This document shows positions 1 to 8,362 of a stretch of 64,000 nucleotides of DNA, in pieces. How positions within the stretch are numbered: position 1 is the first letter of the stretch; each line of letters opens with the position of its first letter. This stretch comes from an uncultured Phycisphaerales bacterium (GTDB lineage Bacteria > Planctomycetota > Phycisphaerae > Sedimentisphaerales > Anaerobacaceae): NCBI GenBank assembly GCA_963718665.1, contig OY970359.1, forward strand, positions 992,001 to 1,056,000, in the 5' to 3' direction. Made by a program: the position numbers and the translations under genes. The notes beneath the pieces were generated by a model, which saw nothing but the letters and a program-made list of their open reading frames with translations, had not been told where the DNA came from and searched no databases.

Positions 1-118
1 TCTTGTTCAATTGTTTTCTCACGCGCTTGTTTCGTCCAGTACTGGACATGAATCAGCTCTTGTGAAGATCAAAGAAGATATCGTACGACTTAAGCAGATT
101 GCTGGAATCGAGAAATAA
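1..118 (+). CDS. 3' end of an upstream gene (truncated by the window edge), possibly the restriction endonuclease partner of the methyltransferase
   Basis: Open frame from nt 2 (LVQLFSHALVSSSTGHESALVKIKEDIVRLKQIAGIEK*). Its TAA (116-118) overlaps the methyltransferase ATG (TAATG coupling). Identity is inferred from context only. Confidence 0.5.
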   Translation, partial: LVQLFSHALVSSSTGHESALVKIKEDIVRLKQIAGIEK

Positions 119-1251
119 TGGAAGAACTGGCACTAATTCCCGACATTGTTTTGGATGCTCCAGACACAGAGGGCATCAAGTATACTGGATCTAAGCTCAA
201 ATTGTTGCCGTATATCTTGAATCTTGCCAAAAAGGTTCAAGCAAGAAGCGTGTTTGATGGATTCTCTGGAACAACCAGGGTTTCGCAGGCGTTTGCCAAA
301 CGTGGATATCGGGTGATCGCTAATGATTGTTCTGTATGGTCGCAAGTGTTCGGTACCTGTTATTTACTGAATCACAAAAGTCCCTCGGAGTACCGAGATT
401 TGATCAATCACCTGAACACTGTAACTCCTACGGATGGCTGGTTTACGCAGCATTACGGGGGCCTTCCAAATGGAGGATTATCCTCTCAAGTGGATGGGCT
501 GAAAAAACCATGGCAAGTGAAGAATACAAGAAAACTTGATGCCATACGCGATGAGATAGATCGCCTTTCTCTGTCTCCCGTAGACAAAGCAGTGGCATTG
601 ACAAGCCTTATTCTTGCGCTCGATAAAGTTGACAGCACGATGGGCCACTTCGTGTCATATCTTCGCGATTGGTCGCCACGCTCATATAACGACCTTATTT
701 TGGATGTGCCGGCCGTTTTCACTACGACAGAGGAGAATCAGGTTTTGCAGGGTGACATCTTCAACATATTGCCCTCAGTTCAGGCAGACCTAGCGTATTT
801 TGACCCTCCTTACGGATCGAGTAACGAGAAAATGCCGCCGTCCCGTGTTCGATATGCGTCCTATTACCATCCGTGGACTACGATATGCCTCAACGATAAG
901 CCGCAACTCTTTGGCAAGGTTAATAGAAGAGTTGACACTTCAGACACGGTGGCCGGTTCGATCTTCGAGGAATTTCGGCGAAGCTCATCAGGCAGATTTA
1001 TTGTCGTCGAAGCCATTGAGCAGATGCTCAGAAGCGTGAATTCCCAGTGGATTATTCTTTCATACAGTTCCGGTGGCAGGGCAACTTCAGAAGAATTAAA
1101 TGATGCCATTGCTGCAAGCGGTAGAGTTCTTGTCGTTGAAGAAATTGACTACAAGAAAAATGTCATGGCGGGGATGAAATGGACAAATGATTGGATTCGT
1201 GACGCCGAAGAGCCACACCGTGAATTCCTCTTCTTGATTGAGAAGAAATAG
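118..1251 (+). CDS. DNA N6-adenine methyltransferase (D12/FokI-like, alpha class)
   Basis: KYTGSK N-terminal motif, FDGFSGT SAM-binding motif I, catalytic DPPY motif IV, ILSYS motif. Confidence 0.9.
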   Translation: MEELALIPDIVLDAPDTEGIKYTGSKLKLLPYILNLAKKVQARSVFDGFSGTTRVSQAFAKRGYRVIANDCSVWSQVFGTCYLLNHKSPSEYRDLINHLNTVTPTDGWFTQHYGGLPNGGLSSQVDGLKKPWQVKNTRKLDAIRDEIDRLSLSPVDKAVALTSLILALDKVDSTMGHFVSYLRDWSPRSYNDLILDVPAVFTTTEENQVLQGDIFNILPSVQADLAYFDPPYGSSNEKMPPSRVRYASYYHPWTTICLNDKPQLFGKVNRRVDTSDTVAGSIFEEFRRSSSGRFIVVEAIEQMLRSVNSQWIILSYSSGGRATSEELNDAIAASGRVLVVEEIDYKKNVMAGMKWTNDWIRDAEEPHREFLFLIEKK

Positions 1252-1410
1252 AATCCGTTTATTTTTGATATCCACTGCGCTTCGCGTTCAAATCCGCATT
1301 TTTGCTTTTTGCCTTTTGATTTTTGATTTATTGTTGTCTCACTTTACCAACTGTCCAATTGCTAACAGACCGTGTTTATCAGTATTAAAAACGCCATTTT
1401 TGGTCAAAAC

Positions 1411-1438
1411 TTGACTTTTGGCGAATCCCCCCTATAAT
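1411..1438 (+). promoter_or_regulatory. Putative sigma70 promoter for dnaG-rpoD
   Basis: TTGACT (1411-1416), 16-nt spacer, TATAAT (1433-1438). Confidence 0.5.
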
Positions 1439-1471
1439 ATAATGGCTCGATAACCCTTTTCTGATAATTCA

Positions 1472-1682
1472 GCTCCCCAATTTATTAGGGGGGTTTATCG
1501 TTTTACGAAACTTGTCCGCCGTCTTTGTGGCGGATTACCCGCCTAAGGTGGGAGTGGACACGGACGGCCACTAAAATTTAGACACGGATTAACCCCGTGA
1601 GATAGTGAAGCGACATCTCACGGGGTGAACACAGATTTACACTGTTTGTTTTTTACTTTGTAATCTCTGTGTCCTCTGTGGC
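1472..1682. repeat. Cluster of short palindromic (REP-like) elements and short tandem-like repeats upstream of dnaG
   Basis: CCCCAATTTATTAGGGG, GTCCGCC..GGCGGA, CCCGCCTAAGGTGGG, a perfect 12-bp inverted repeat ACCCCGTGAGAT (1592-1603)/ATCTCACGGGGT (1615-1626), and CTCTGTGTCCTCTGTG. Confidence 0.6.
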
Positions 1683-1738
1683 TGAAAAATACGAGGCCTC
1701 AATGGCCAAACTTTTTTGGGGTATATAACACAAGCAAT

Positions 1739-3518
1739 ATGCCGACTTTTGACACAACCTTAATTTCGCGTATTCAGCAGGCCAATGACATTGTCGATGT
1801 CATAGGCGAGCACCTTTCGCTAAAACGCAAGGGACGCGAAATGGTGGGCCTGTGTCCCTTCCACGAAGACCATCGCCCAAGCTTCAACGTCAACCCCACA
1901 AAGCAAATCTTCAAATGCTTCGCCTGCGGCGCGGGCGGCGACGTCGTCAAATTCATCCAGATGCGCGAAGGCCTCTCATTCCCGCAGGCGCTTCATCGCT
2001 TAGCGGACCGCGCAGGAATAAAAATCGAACCCCTTCATCATCGCACGAGCATCGAGAATCGAGAATCGAGTATCGAGGCAGACCCCAACGAGATTGCTCG
2101 CGCCAACGCCTGGGCAGCCAAATACTTCGCAGCCAATCTAGCGCATCCCGAAAAAGGAAAAGACGCGAGGAAATACGTCGCCGAAAGACAGCTCTCCGAT
2201 GAGAGCGTCAGGAATTGGCAAATTGGTCTGGCCCTCGGCGCCGATAATGATTTATTGGCCGCGGCCCGGCAAAAGAAAATACCGGATAAATTGCTTTTGG
2301 CAGCGGGGCTTGTCGTCGGGGCCGGCTCATCGCTCTCCGATAAGTTCGTCTATCGCCTGATGTTCACTATCGCAGACGTTACGGGCAGAATCATCGCATT
2401 CGGCGGAAGGACGCTCACGGGCGAGGGAGCGAAATATATCAATTCGCCTACCACCGCGTTATTCGACAAGAGCAACGCGTTATTCGGCCTCGACCACGCA
2501 CGCCACCAGATGGTCTCATCCGATACGGGCGTCGTCGTCGAAGGTTATACCGATTGCATTATGGCGCATCAATTCGGCGTTTCAAACGTCGTCGCCACTT
2601 TGGGGACAAGCTTCACCGCGGGCCACGCACGCATACTGCGCAGATACGCCAAAAAAGTCGTGCTGCTCTTCGATAGTGACACCGCGGGCCTTGAGGCCGC
2701 AAACCGCGCTGGGCGTTGCGCTTAGTTCGCGAATCGATATCGGCATAGCAAGTGTCCCGCAGGGTAAGGACCCGTGTGATTTCCTCTTAGCCCAGGGCAA
2801 AGAGCCATTTGCGAAACTGATTGCGGATGCGACCGATGTTTTCGAGTTCAAGTGGACCCGCCTCAACGCCAATCTCGGCTCGCAACCCACAATCGCGGGC
2901 AAAAAGCAGGCGGTCGATGAATACTTAGACGCAATCGCCACCGCCATCAACGCGGGCAACCTCTCGCCAATCGAAAAAGGCCTCATCATTAACAGGGTAT
3001 CGAAAGTTATGTCACTCGACGCCAGAGAAATTCACAACGAGCTGAACCGCAGGGCCAGCCGGGTAAGGACCGCCTCATCATATTCCGGCGAGGCAAACGA
3101 GGCGCATGCACCCCTCGATTTAGGCGAAGGGCTTTCCGCGAACGCCCAGCGTGAAATTATTGAAGTGTTGTTGGCGCATCCGTCGATGTTTGACGACGTG
3201 AAAGATAAAATCTCGCCAGCGAATTTCGATATCCCGCCTCTGCGGCAAATCGCGCAGGCGGTTTTCCAGACGCTCGGTGAGCAACCGCGTGCGGCGTTGT
3301 CGGTTATGTGTTCAGCCGTCGAAGACACGCGAATCGCCGGCCTTATGACCACGCTCGAACACGAAGGCGCGGAAAAAGGAAACTTTACCAAGCGATTAGC
3401 CGACGCGCTGGCTGCGTTGGAACACACCGAACAACAGCGGGATAAAACCGCGGCAGGCAAAGGGGATTCTGTTCTGGATGCCTCCAAAGAAAACCGTCGC
3501 AACATGGGAATGATTTGA
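1739..3518 (+). CDS. dnaG: DNA primase, split by a frameshift near 2700-2712 (ORFs 1739-2725 and 2676-3518)
   Basis: Zn-binding CPFH...CFAC, KYINSP, TOPRIM VEGYTD and FDSDTAG in the first frame; GKDPCDF and the C-terminal region in the second frame; directly upstream of rpoD. Confidence 0.93.
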
Positions 3519-3553
3519 TTTTGTAATTTTAGAATTTTTTAAGGATACCGATA

Positions 3554-5395
3554 GTGGCGAAGAAAAAAGACACCCATAAGAGCAAAAATCAGGCCTCAGC
3601 CGATAAAATTCGAGCAGACGGGGCCTCACAGGCAAAACCGCAGACACCGGGCGATGCCGAAGCAAAAATCAAGGCGATGATTGAAAAGGGCAAAAAGAAG
3701 GGCTACCTCACTTATGAGGAAATGAACGCCGATTTGCCCGAAGACCTTGTAAGTCCCGCGCGATTAGATACGCTGCTGACTGCGCTGGATGAAATGGGCA
3801 TCAGTTTGATTGATGAAGCGGACGTCGATAAGCACGGCGCGCCCGCGGAAATCGCCGAGGAGGATTTCGAGCCGGTCGAAGCGGAATTGCCCATCGAGCC
3901 GGTCGCCGAAGAAGAGCCGGTCATCATCGAAGAAGATAAACTCATCGAAAAAGAGATTATCGAATCCGAGCCGAACCGAAGAATCGACGACCCCGTCAGG
4001 ACGTACCTCACGCAAATGGGCGAAATCCCCCTGCTCAACAGGGAAAATGAAATTTCGCTTGCCCGCAAAATCGAGGTTTCGCGAATGACCTTTAGGCGCA
4101 AAATGCTCGAAAACGATTATTGCGCCAAAAACTCCGTCGAAATCCTCCAGCAGGTTCAGCAGGGCGGCCTCTCCTTTGACCGGACAATGAAAATCAGCAC
4201 CGCCGAGAACCTCATCCGAAGCGTCATCAAAAAACGCCTGCCTCAGAATCTCAAGACCATCAACGCCCTGCTTGCGATGAACCAGGCCCTCTTCAAGGAA
4301 TTTCTCCATCTTGGCGATTCCCCCAAAGCCGTTCCCGTCCTGCGACGCCTTACGAGGAACCGCAGGCGTATCGCCACGCTCCTCGAAGAGCTTAGCTTGC
4401 GCACCAGCAGGATTGCGCCAGTCAAAGAAAAACTCCACGGAATGGCAGCAAAAATGCACCAGCTGCAGACCATCATCGCCATCGGCCCGACACAGGATTA
4501 CGTCAGAGAAGATATCGACGCGATGAAGCTGGAGCTTGCCGGCATTCAGGACCTCCTCTGCGAGACACCCGCCCAGCTTGACAAACGCCTCTACGTCATC
4601 GAACGCATCTTCGTCCAGTACGAAAAAACCAAGCGTATCCTCTCCAGCGCAAACCTGCACTTGGTCGTCTCCATCGCCAAAAAATACCGCAACCGCGGCC
4701 TCAGCTTTCTGGACTTGATCCAGGAGGGTAACACGGGCCTTATGCGGGCGGTGGATAAATACGAATACCGGCGGGGGTATAAATTCAGCACATACGCGAC
4801 GTGGTGGATAAGACAGGCGATTACCCGGGCGATAGCGGACCACGCGCGCACGATTCGAATACCTGTGCATATGATTGAAACGATGAGCCGGCTGAGGACC
4901 GCGGGCAAAGTGCTCACACAGCGACTCGGCAGAGAACCAACTATCGAGGAAATCGCCAAAGAAGCCGTGATGAGCATCGACGAGGCACGCAGGGTGCTGA
5001 AAATCTCCCGGCATCCTATCTCCTTAGACAGGCCCATCGGCGACAGCGAAGACAGCAACTTCGGCGACTTCATCGAGGACGACGCCGTCGATTCCCCTGT
5101 CTCAACCGCCACCCAGGCAATGCTAAAAGAAAGAATCGAGTCGGTACTCAAGACCCTGTCATACCGTGAACGGGAAATCATCAAACTCCGCTACGGTATC
5201 GGCGATGGCTATACCTATACCCTCGAAGAAGTGGGCAGAATCTTCAAAGTAACCCGCGAACGCGTCAGGCAGGTCGAGGCGAAGGCAATCAGGAAACTCC
5301 AGCACCCCGTCCGGGCACGTAAACTCGAGGGCTTCCTCGACCATAAAAATCAGGCGCCCATCCGGCCATTATCGAAAGATCTTGTTACGCAGTAA
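3554..5395 (+). CDS. rpoD: RNA polymerase primary sigma factor sigma70
   Basis: Region 1.1 ([11 protein letters not shown]), 1.2 (DDPVRTYL), 2 ([29 protein letters not shown]), 4 ([18 protein letters not shown]); follows dnaG. Confidence 0.97.
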   Translation: MAKKKDTHKSKNQASADKIRADGASQAKPQTPGDAEAKIKAMIEKGKKKGYLTYEEMNADLPEDLVSPARLDTLLTALDEMGISLIDEADVDKHGAPAEIAEEDFEPVEAELPIEPVAEEEPVIIEEDKLIEKEIIESEPNRRIDDPVRTYLTQMGEIPLLNRENEISLARKIEVSRMTFRRKMLENDYCAKNSVEILQQVQQGGLSFDRTMKISTAENLIRSVIKKRLPQNLKTINALLAMNQALFKEFLHLGDSPKAVPVLRRLTRNRRRIATLLEELSLRTSRIAPVKEKLHGMAAKMHQLQTIIAIGPTQDYVREDIDAMKLELAGIQDLLCETPAQLDKRLYVIERIFVQYEKTKRILSSANLHLVVSIAKKYRNRGLSFLDLIQEGNTGLMRAVDKYEYRRGYKFSTYATWWIRQAITRAIADHARTIRIPVHMIETMSRLRTAGKVLTQRLGREPTIEEIAKEAVMSIDEARRVLKISRHPISLDRPIGDSEDSNFGDFIEDDAVDSPVSTATQAMLKERIESVLKTLSYREREIIKLRYGIGDGYTYTLEEVGRIFKVTRERVRQVEAKAIRKLQHPVRARKLEGFLDHKNQAPIRPLSKDLVTQ

Positions 5396-5741
5396 ATGAA
5401 ATTGAGGTAAAGAGATCGTTCGTGCGCGCGTAGTCCGCTATCGCGCGGGTAATCGCCTGGCGAATCCACCACGTGGCGTATGTGCTGAACTTATAACCCC
5501 GCCGGTATTCGTATTTATCCACCGCCCGCATAAGCCCTGTGTTGCCCTCCTGATTGGGTTTGTGCCCCCGACTCCCTATCAGGAAGGGGCAGGATGGGTA
5601 AGGCCCTATAAATATGGGCTAAATGACACAGAAATCAGACCTAAGACGCCAGACGCCAGAAACAAGAGGCAGAGCCACAGGATACAAGGGGGTACATAAG
5701 GCGGATTTTTTATTTTTTTTTGTTTGATTTGGGGTGGGTTG

Positions 5742-5750
5742 TGGTATAAT
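5742..5750 (+). promoter_or_regulatory. Extended -10 promoter of the cold-shock gene, giving a ~100-nt 5' UTR
   Basis: TGGTATAAT (TGn-TATAAT) about 110 nt upstream of the csp start; long leaders are typical of cspA-family genes. Confidence 0.5.
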
Positions 5751-5860
5751 ACTAACTTTACAGGGAGGATATCCCAGCGTCCCTCAGGATTATCCTCAAA
5801 TTTAAGAACAGTGAGGGGCAAAATTTTAGTTTGTGGTCCGCAAGGGCCAAAGGAGTTACA

Positions 5861-6064
5861 GTGAGTACAGGCAAAGTAAAGTGGTTTAACGGCAAAAAAG
5901 GGTTTGGATTCATTATCCCCGATGATGGCGGCGAAGAGCTGTTTGTTCATCATTCGGAGATCAAGATGAGCGGCTATGCCGACCTTAAAGAAGGTCAGGC
6001 GGTGCAGTTTGATATCGGACAGGGCAAAAAAGGCCCCTGTGCGGTCAACGTAGTGCCTCAATAA
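5861..6064 (+). CDS. csp: Cold-shock protein (CspA family)
   Basis: [15 protein letters not shown] (RNP1) and LFVHHS (RNP2); GTG start at 5861 preceded by AGGAG. Confidence 0.95.
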   Translation: MSTGKVKWFNGKKGFGFIIPDDGGEELFVHHSEIKMSGYADLKEGQAVQFDIGQGKKGPCAVNVVPQ

Positions 6065-6087
6065 TTAACCGAAAATTAAACCGGAAT

Positions 6088-6124
6088 AAAGGCCTCGTCC
6101 GAAAAGACGGGGCCTTTTTCTTTT
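6088..6124 (+). terminator. Rho-independent terminator (possibly bidirectional) between csp and the island
   Basis: Stem AAAGGCCTCGTC / GACGGGGCCTTT followed by TTCTTTT. Confidence 0.8.
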
Positions 6125-6139
6125 AATTGGAAAGGCTGA

Positions 6140-7195
6140 TTATATCTTTTTGGGGAGATGAAAAGCTGCGATTATTCCAGCAGCTATTGATGCGAGGAGA
6201 GCAAATGTCGTAATTATAAATTTCGCCTTATCGGGTAATTGTGAATTTGATAGTGTCGTTATTGCCTGAGGAGCCGCCAATAATACTCCGATAAGGAGTC
6301 CAATAAATAAATTACGTACCCACATGCCAGATATTATTAATCGGACATCAAAGTCAAACTTTCCAATTTTATCACTGGATAGGTCGGAACCCCTAAAAAT
6401 GGATAACGCAGCATCCTCAGAAGTTGTCGTAGGAGCAGTCTGAATACGAACAAGTTTAACATCGTATCTTGAATTTACTTCCAATGTTGAATTGCTTGTT
6501 ATTGTAATTGAAGACGTTTCTGTCTGTAATCGAAAAAAAGCGTTACTTTTACCTTCAGAAGGGTGAAAATGATATAGTTCCATCTCATATGTCCTTGCTG
6601 GTTTTAATTTAAATGCTCCATATTCAAGCAAGACATTTTCCTCAGTGCATATGTCTCTAATTCCTTTAAAGATATAAAAGCATTTTTCGGCAACAAAGTC
6701 TGGCCTTTGGGCAACTTGCGTTACAATGCTCTCCCAAGTGGCAAGTTCCTTAGAAGATATAAGTGGAAATGGTTTATTTTCATCAATCTCAAAACAATAA
6801 CGACCGACAGGACGACCATCTTGTCCCCATGTTGGCACATCGTTGCTTGTGAACGTTCTTATTTCATTAGTAAAAGGTTCTAAATTTTCAGCATAAGCAA
6901 ATTCTTGTAGGCAAAGCCCCAATGTAACGGTGGTGCCGTGTATTTTTGCATCACTTATTAAAGCGAATCGACATGGTATGAGATCGGGCGTCTTACTCTT
7001 ATCATGCTGATCAATATAAGAAATCAATGTTCTACTGCCTTCACATGTCCCATTTCTGATTTTATCATGGACTTGGGGGGCAACCCATTTGAGATTATAT
7101 CGGAATTGGAGCCGCGATCCTTCTGGCATTGCCAAAGCAAGGATAATATCTTGTCTATATCTCTCTCTTGCACCTGACGAAAGACAAATGAACAT
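6140..7195 (-). CDS. Hypothetical protein (~351 aa) with two C-terminal transmembrane helices; last gene of the island
   Basis: ATG at 7195 preceded by AAGGAG (the ORF-track start at 7390 overlaps the upstream gene). Hydrophobic segments NLFIGLLIGVLLAAPQAI and FIITTFALLASIAAGIIAAF. Confidence 0.8.
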   Translation of the reverse strand: MFICLSSGARERYRQDIILALAMPEGSRLQFRYNLKWVAPQVHDKIRNGTCEGSRTLISYIDQHDKSKTPDLIPCRFALISDAKIHGTTVTLGLCLQEFAYAENLEPFTNEIRTFTSNDVPTWGQDGRPVGRYCFEIDENKPFPLISSKELATWESIVTQVAQRPDFVAEKCFYIFKGIRDICTEENVLLEYGAFKLKPARTYEMELYHFHPSEGKSNAFFRLQTETSSITITSNSTLEVNSRYDVKLVRIQTAPTTTSEDAALSIFRGSDLSSDKIGKFDFDVRLIISGMWVRNLFIGLLIGVLLAAPQAITTLSNSQLPDKAKFIITTFALLASIAAGIIAAFHLPKKI

Positions 7196-7244
7196 AAATA
7201 ACTCCTTTCTTTCGAGCCTTAACAATAAATAGCTGAATAATATT

Positions 7245-8351
7245 TTATAAAATGGAAAGTTGCCCAACCGAATCGAGAACCTCTCGGAATTTCTTAGTTG
7301 AGCCAAAGTCGATAGTCCATGTTGCCTTGCAACCTTCAGAATATTTCTCAGGATTATATTTTTTAGGTAATGCAAGGTAAGCTGTAACATCGGGCCTTAC
7401 ATAACAAAAAATGCATACACCCAATGATTGCATTTTAGAGCCCAAAGCAGAAATATATATTTGGAAATCAAGATTCCTATCTTTATATATTTGGTCTAAC
7501 ACTTTAATCGTTTCTTTATAATCGAAAGTACATACTTCCCTTGAAATGGTTCTTTCATCTATTTTATTAATTATGCGTAATATTGCCTTACGTTTTTCTT
7601 TATCTACTTTGTTCATATGCGGATCGCCAATTATCCAAATAATTTTCCCAGGTTTCCTTAAAATAGTTTCATCTATGTGTGTTATGATCGCTTTTGTTCT
7701 TTCCGGTTTGAAAGTAGTGAAGGCAATTACAAAAGGGGGATTTTCTCGAGTGCTACCGGGGTATTCAGGGCTTGGAATGACTTTGCCTACTCCTATAGAT
7801 ATTCCGAGTCCTTCTTCTGTTGTCCATTTTTCTGGTTCAGCATCGAATTCATCATTCGTGGGATGATAAATTGCTGCTTCCGAATATACAATCTTTAAAT
7901 CAATATCGTAATCAATTAAAGTTCGAATCACTGAAAGAATTAGCTTTGAAGAAAACACGCTAATGTCTAATAACACTTTAAATTCGCCATTGGACGGGCA
8001 AACAGTATTAAAAAATTCTCTAAACTGCCTTGTGAAGTCGTCGTCGTCGCAAGTAAAGGTTTTATATCTATCGGATTCTGTGAATTTCTTAATAGCACGT
8101 AATAGTCTTTGTTTGTTTGCTGCGTTATCTTCGGTGTTGGTTGAATATTCGAATACTACAGAATATTGACTATTGAACCCTTTTACTGTGGCAAGTTTTT
8201 CCGGTATGACAAGGCATCTTTCTTCAAATCCTAATGCAGAGATAAAAACATCAAATCTCTTTTCTAAAAACATCTTCTCACATTCTAAAGCTTCTATGTC
8301 TGGCAAACGGCTTAGAATATCGATAAATTCATTTTCTTTAATTCGTGCCAT
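7245..8351 (-). CDS. Hypothetical protein, probably tandem Rossmann-like (CARF-related) domains
   Basis: Two repeats of a strand-GF/TF-x-ER unit (ISALGFEERC; IAFTTFKPERT), each followed by a strand-loop-K motif (VLLDISVFSSK; IYISALGSKMQSLG). The CARF resemblance is an inference. Confidence 0.6.
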   Translation of the reverse strand: MARIKENEFIDILSRLPDIEALECEKMFLEKRFDVFISALGFEERCLVIPEKLATVKGFNSQYSVVFEYSTNTEDNAANKQRLLRAIKKFTESDRYKTFTCDDDDFTRQFREFFNTVCPSNGEFKVLLDISVFSSKLILSVIRTLIDYDIDLKIVYSEAAIYHPTNDEFDAEPEKWTTEEGLGISIGVGKVIPSPEYPGSTRENPPFVIAFTTFKPERTKAIITHIDETILRKPGKIIWIIGDPHMNKVDKEKRKAILRIINKIDERTISREVCTFDYKETIKVLDQIYKDRNLDFQIYISALGSKMQSLGVCIFCYVRPDVTAYLALPKKYNPEKYSEGCKATWTIDFGSTKKFREVLDSVGQLSIL

Positions 8352-8362
8352 CGATTGTATCC

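Noticed and set aside
4648..4690. RpoD region 2.1 reads [10 protein letters not shown] instead of the usual NLRLVVSIAK
   Set aside because: A single-base difference in an assembly that already shows probable errors; not interpretable without reads.
3764..5014. 416-aa antisense ORF within rpoD
   Set aside because: Shadow frame of a conserved gene, with no recognisable motifs.
5606..6061. 151-aa minus-strand ORF over csp
   Set aside because: Antisense to a clear cold-shock gene that has its own RBS, promoter and terminator.
7196..7390. N-terminal 65 aa of the 416-aa ORF in the track
   Set aside because: It overlaps the upstream gene by 146 nt, and a strong RBS precedes the ATG at 7195.
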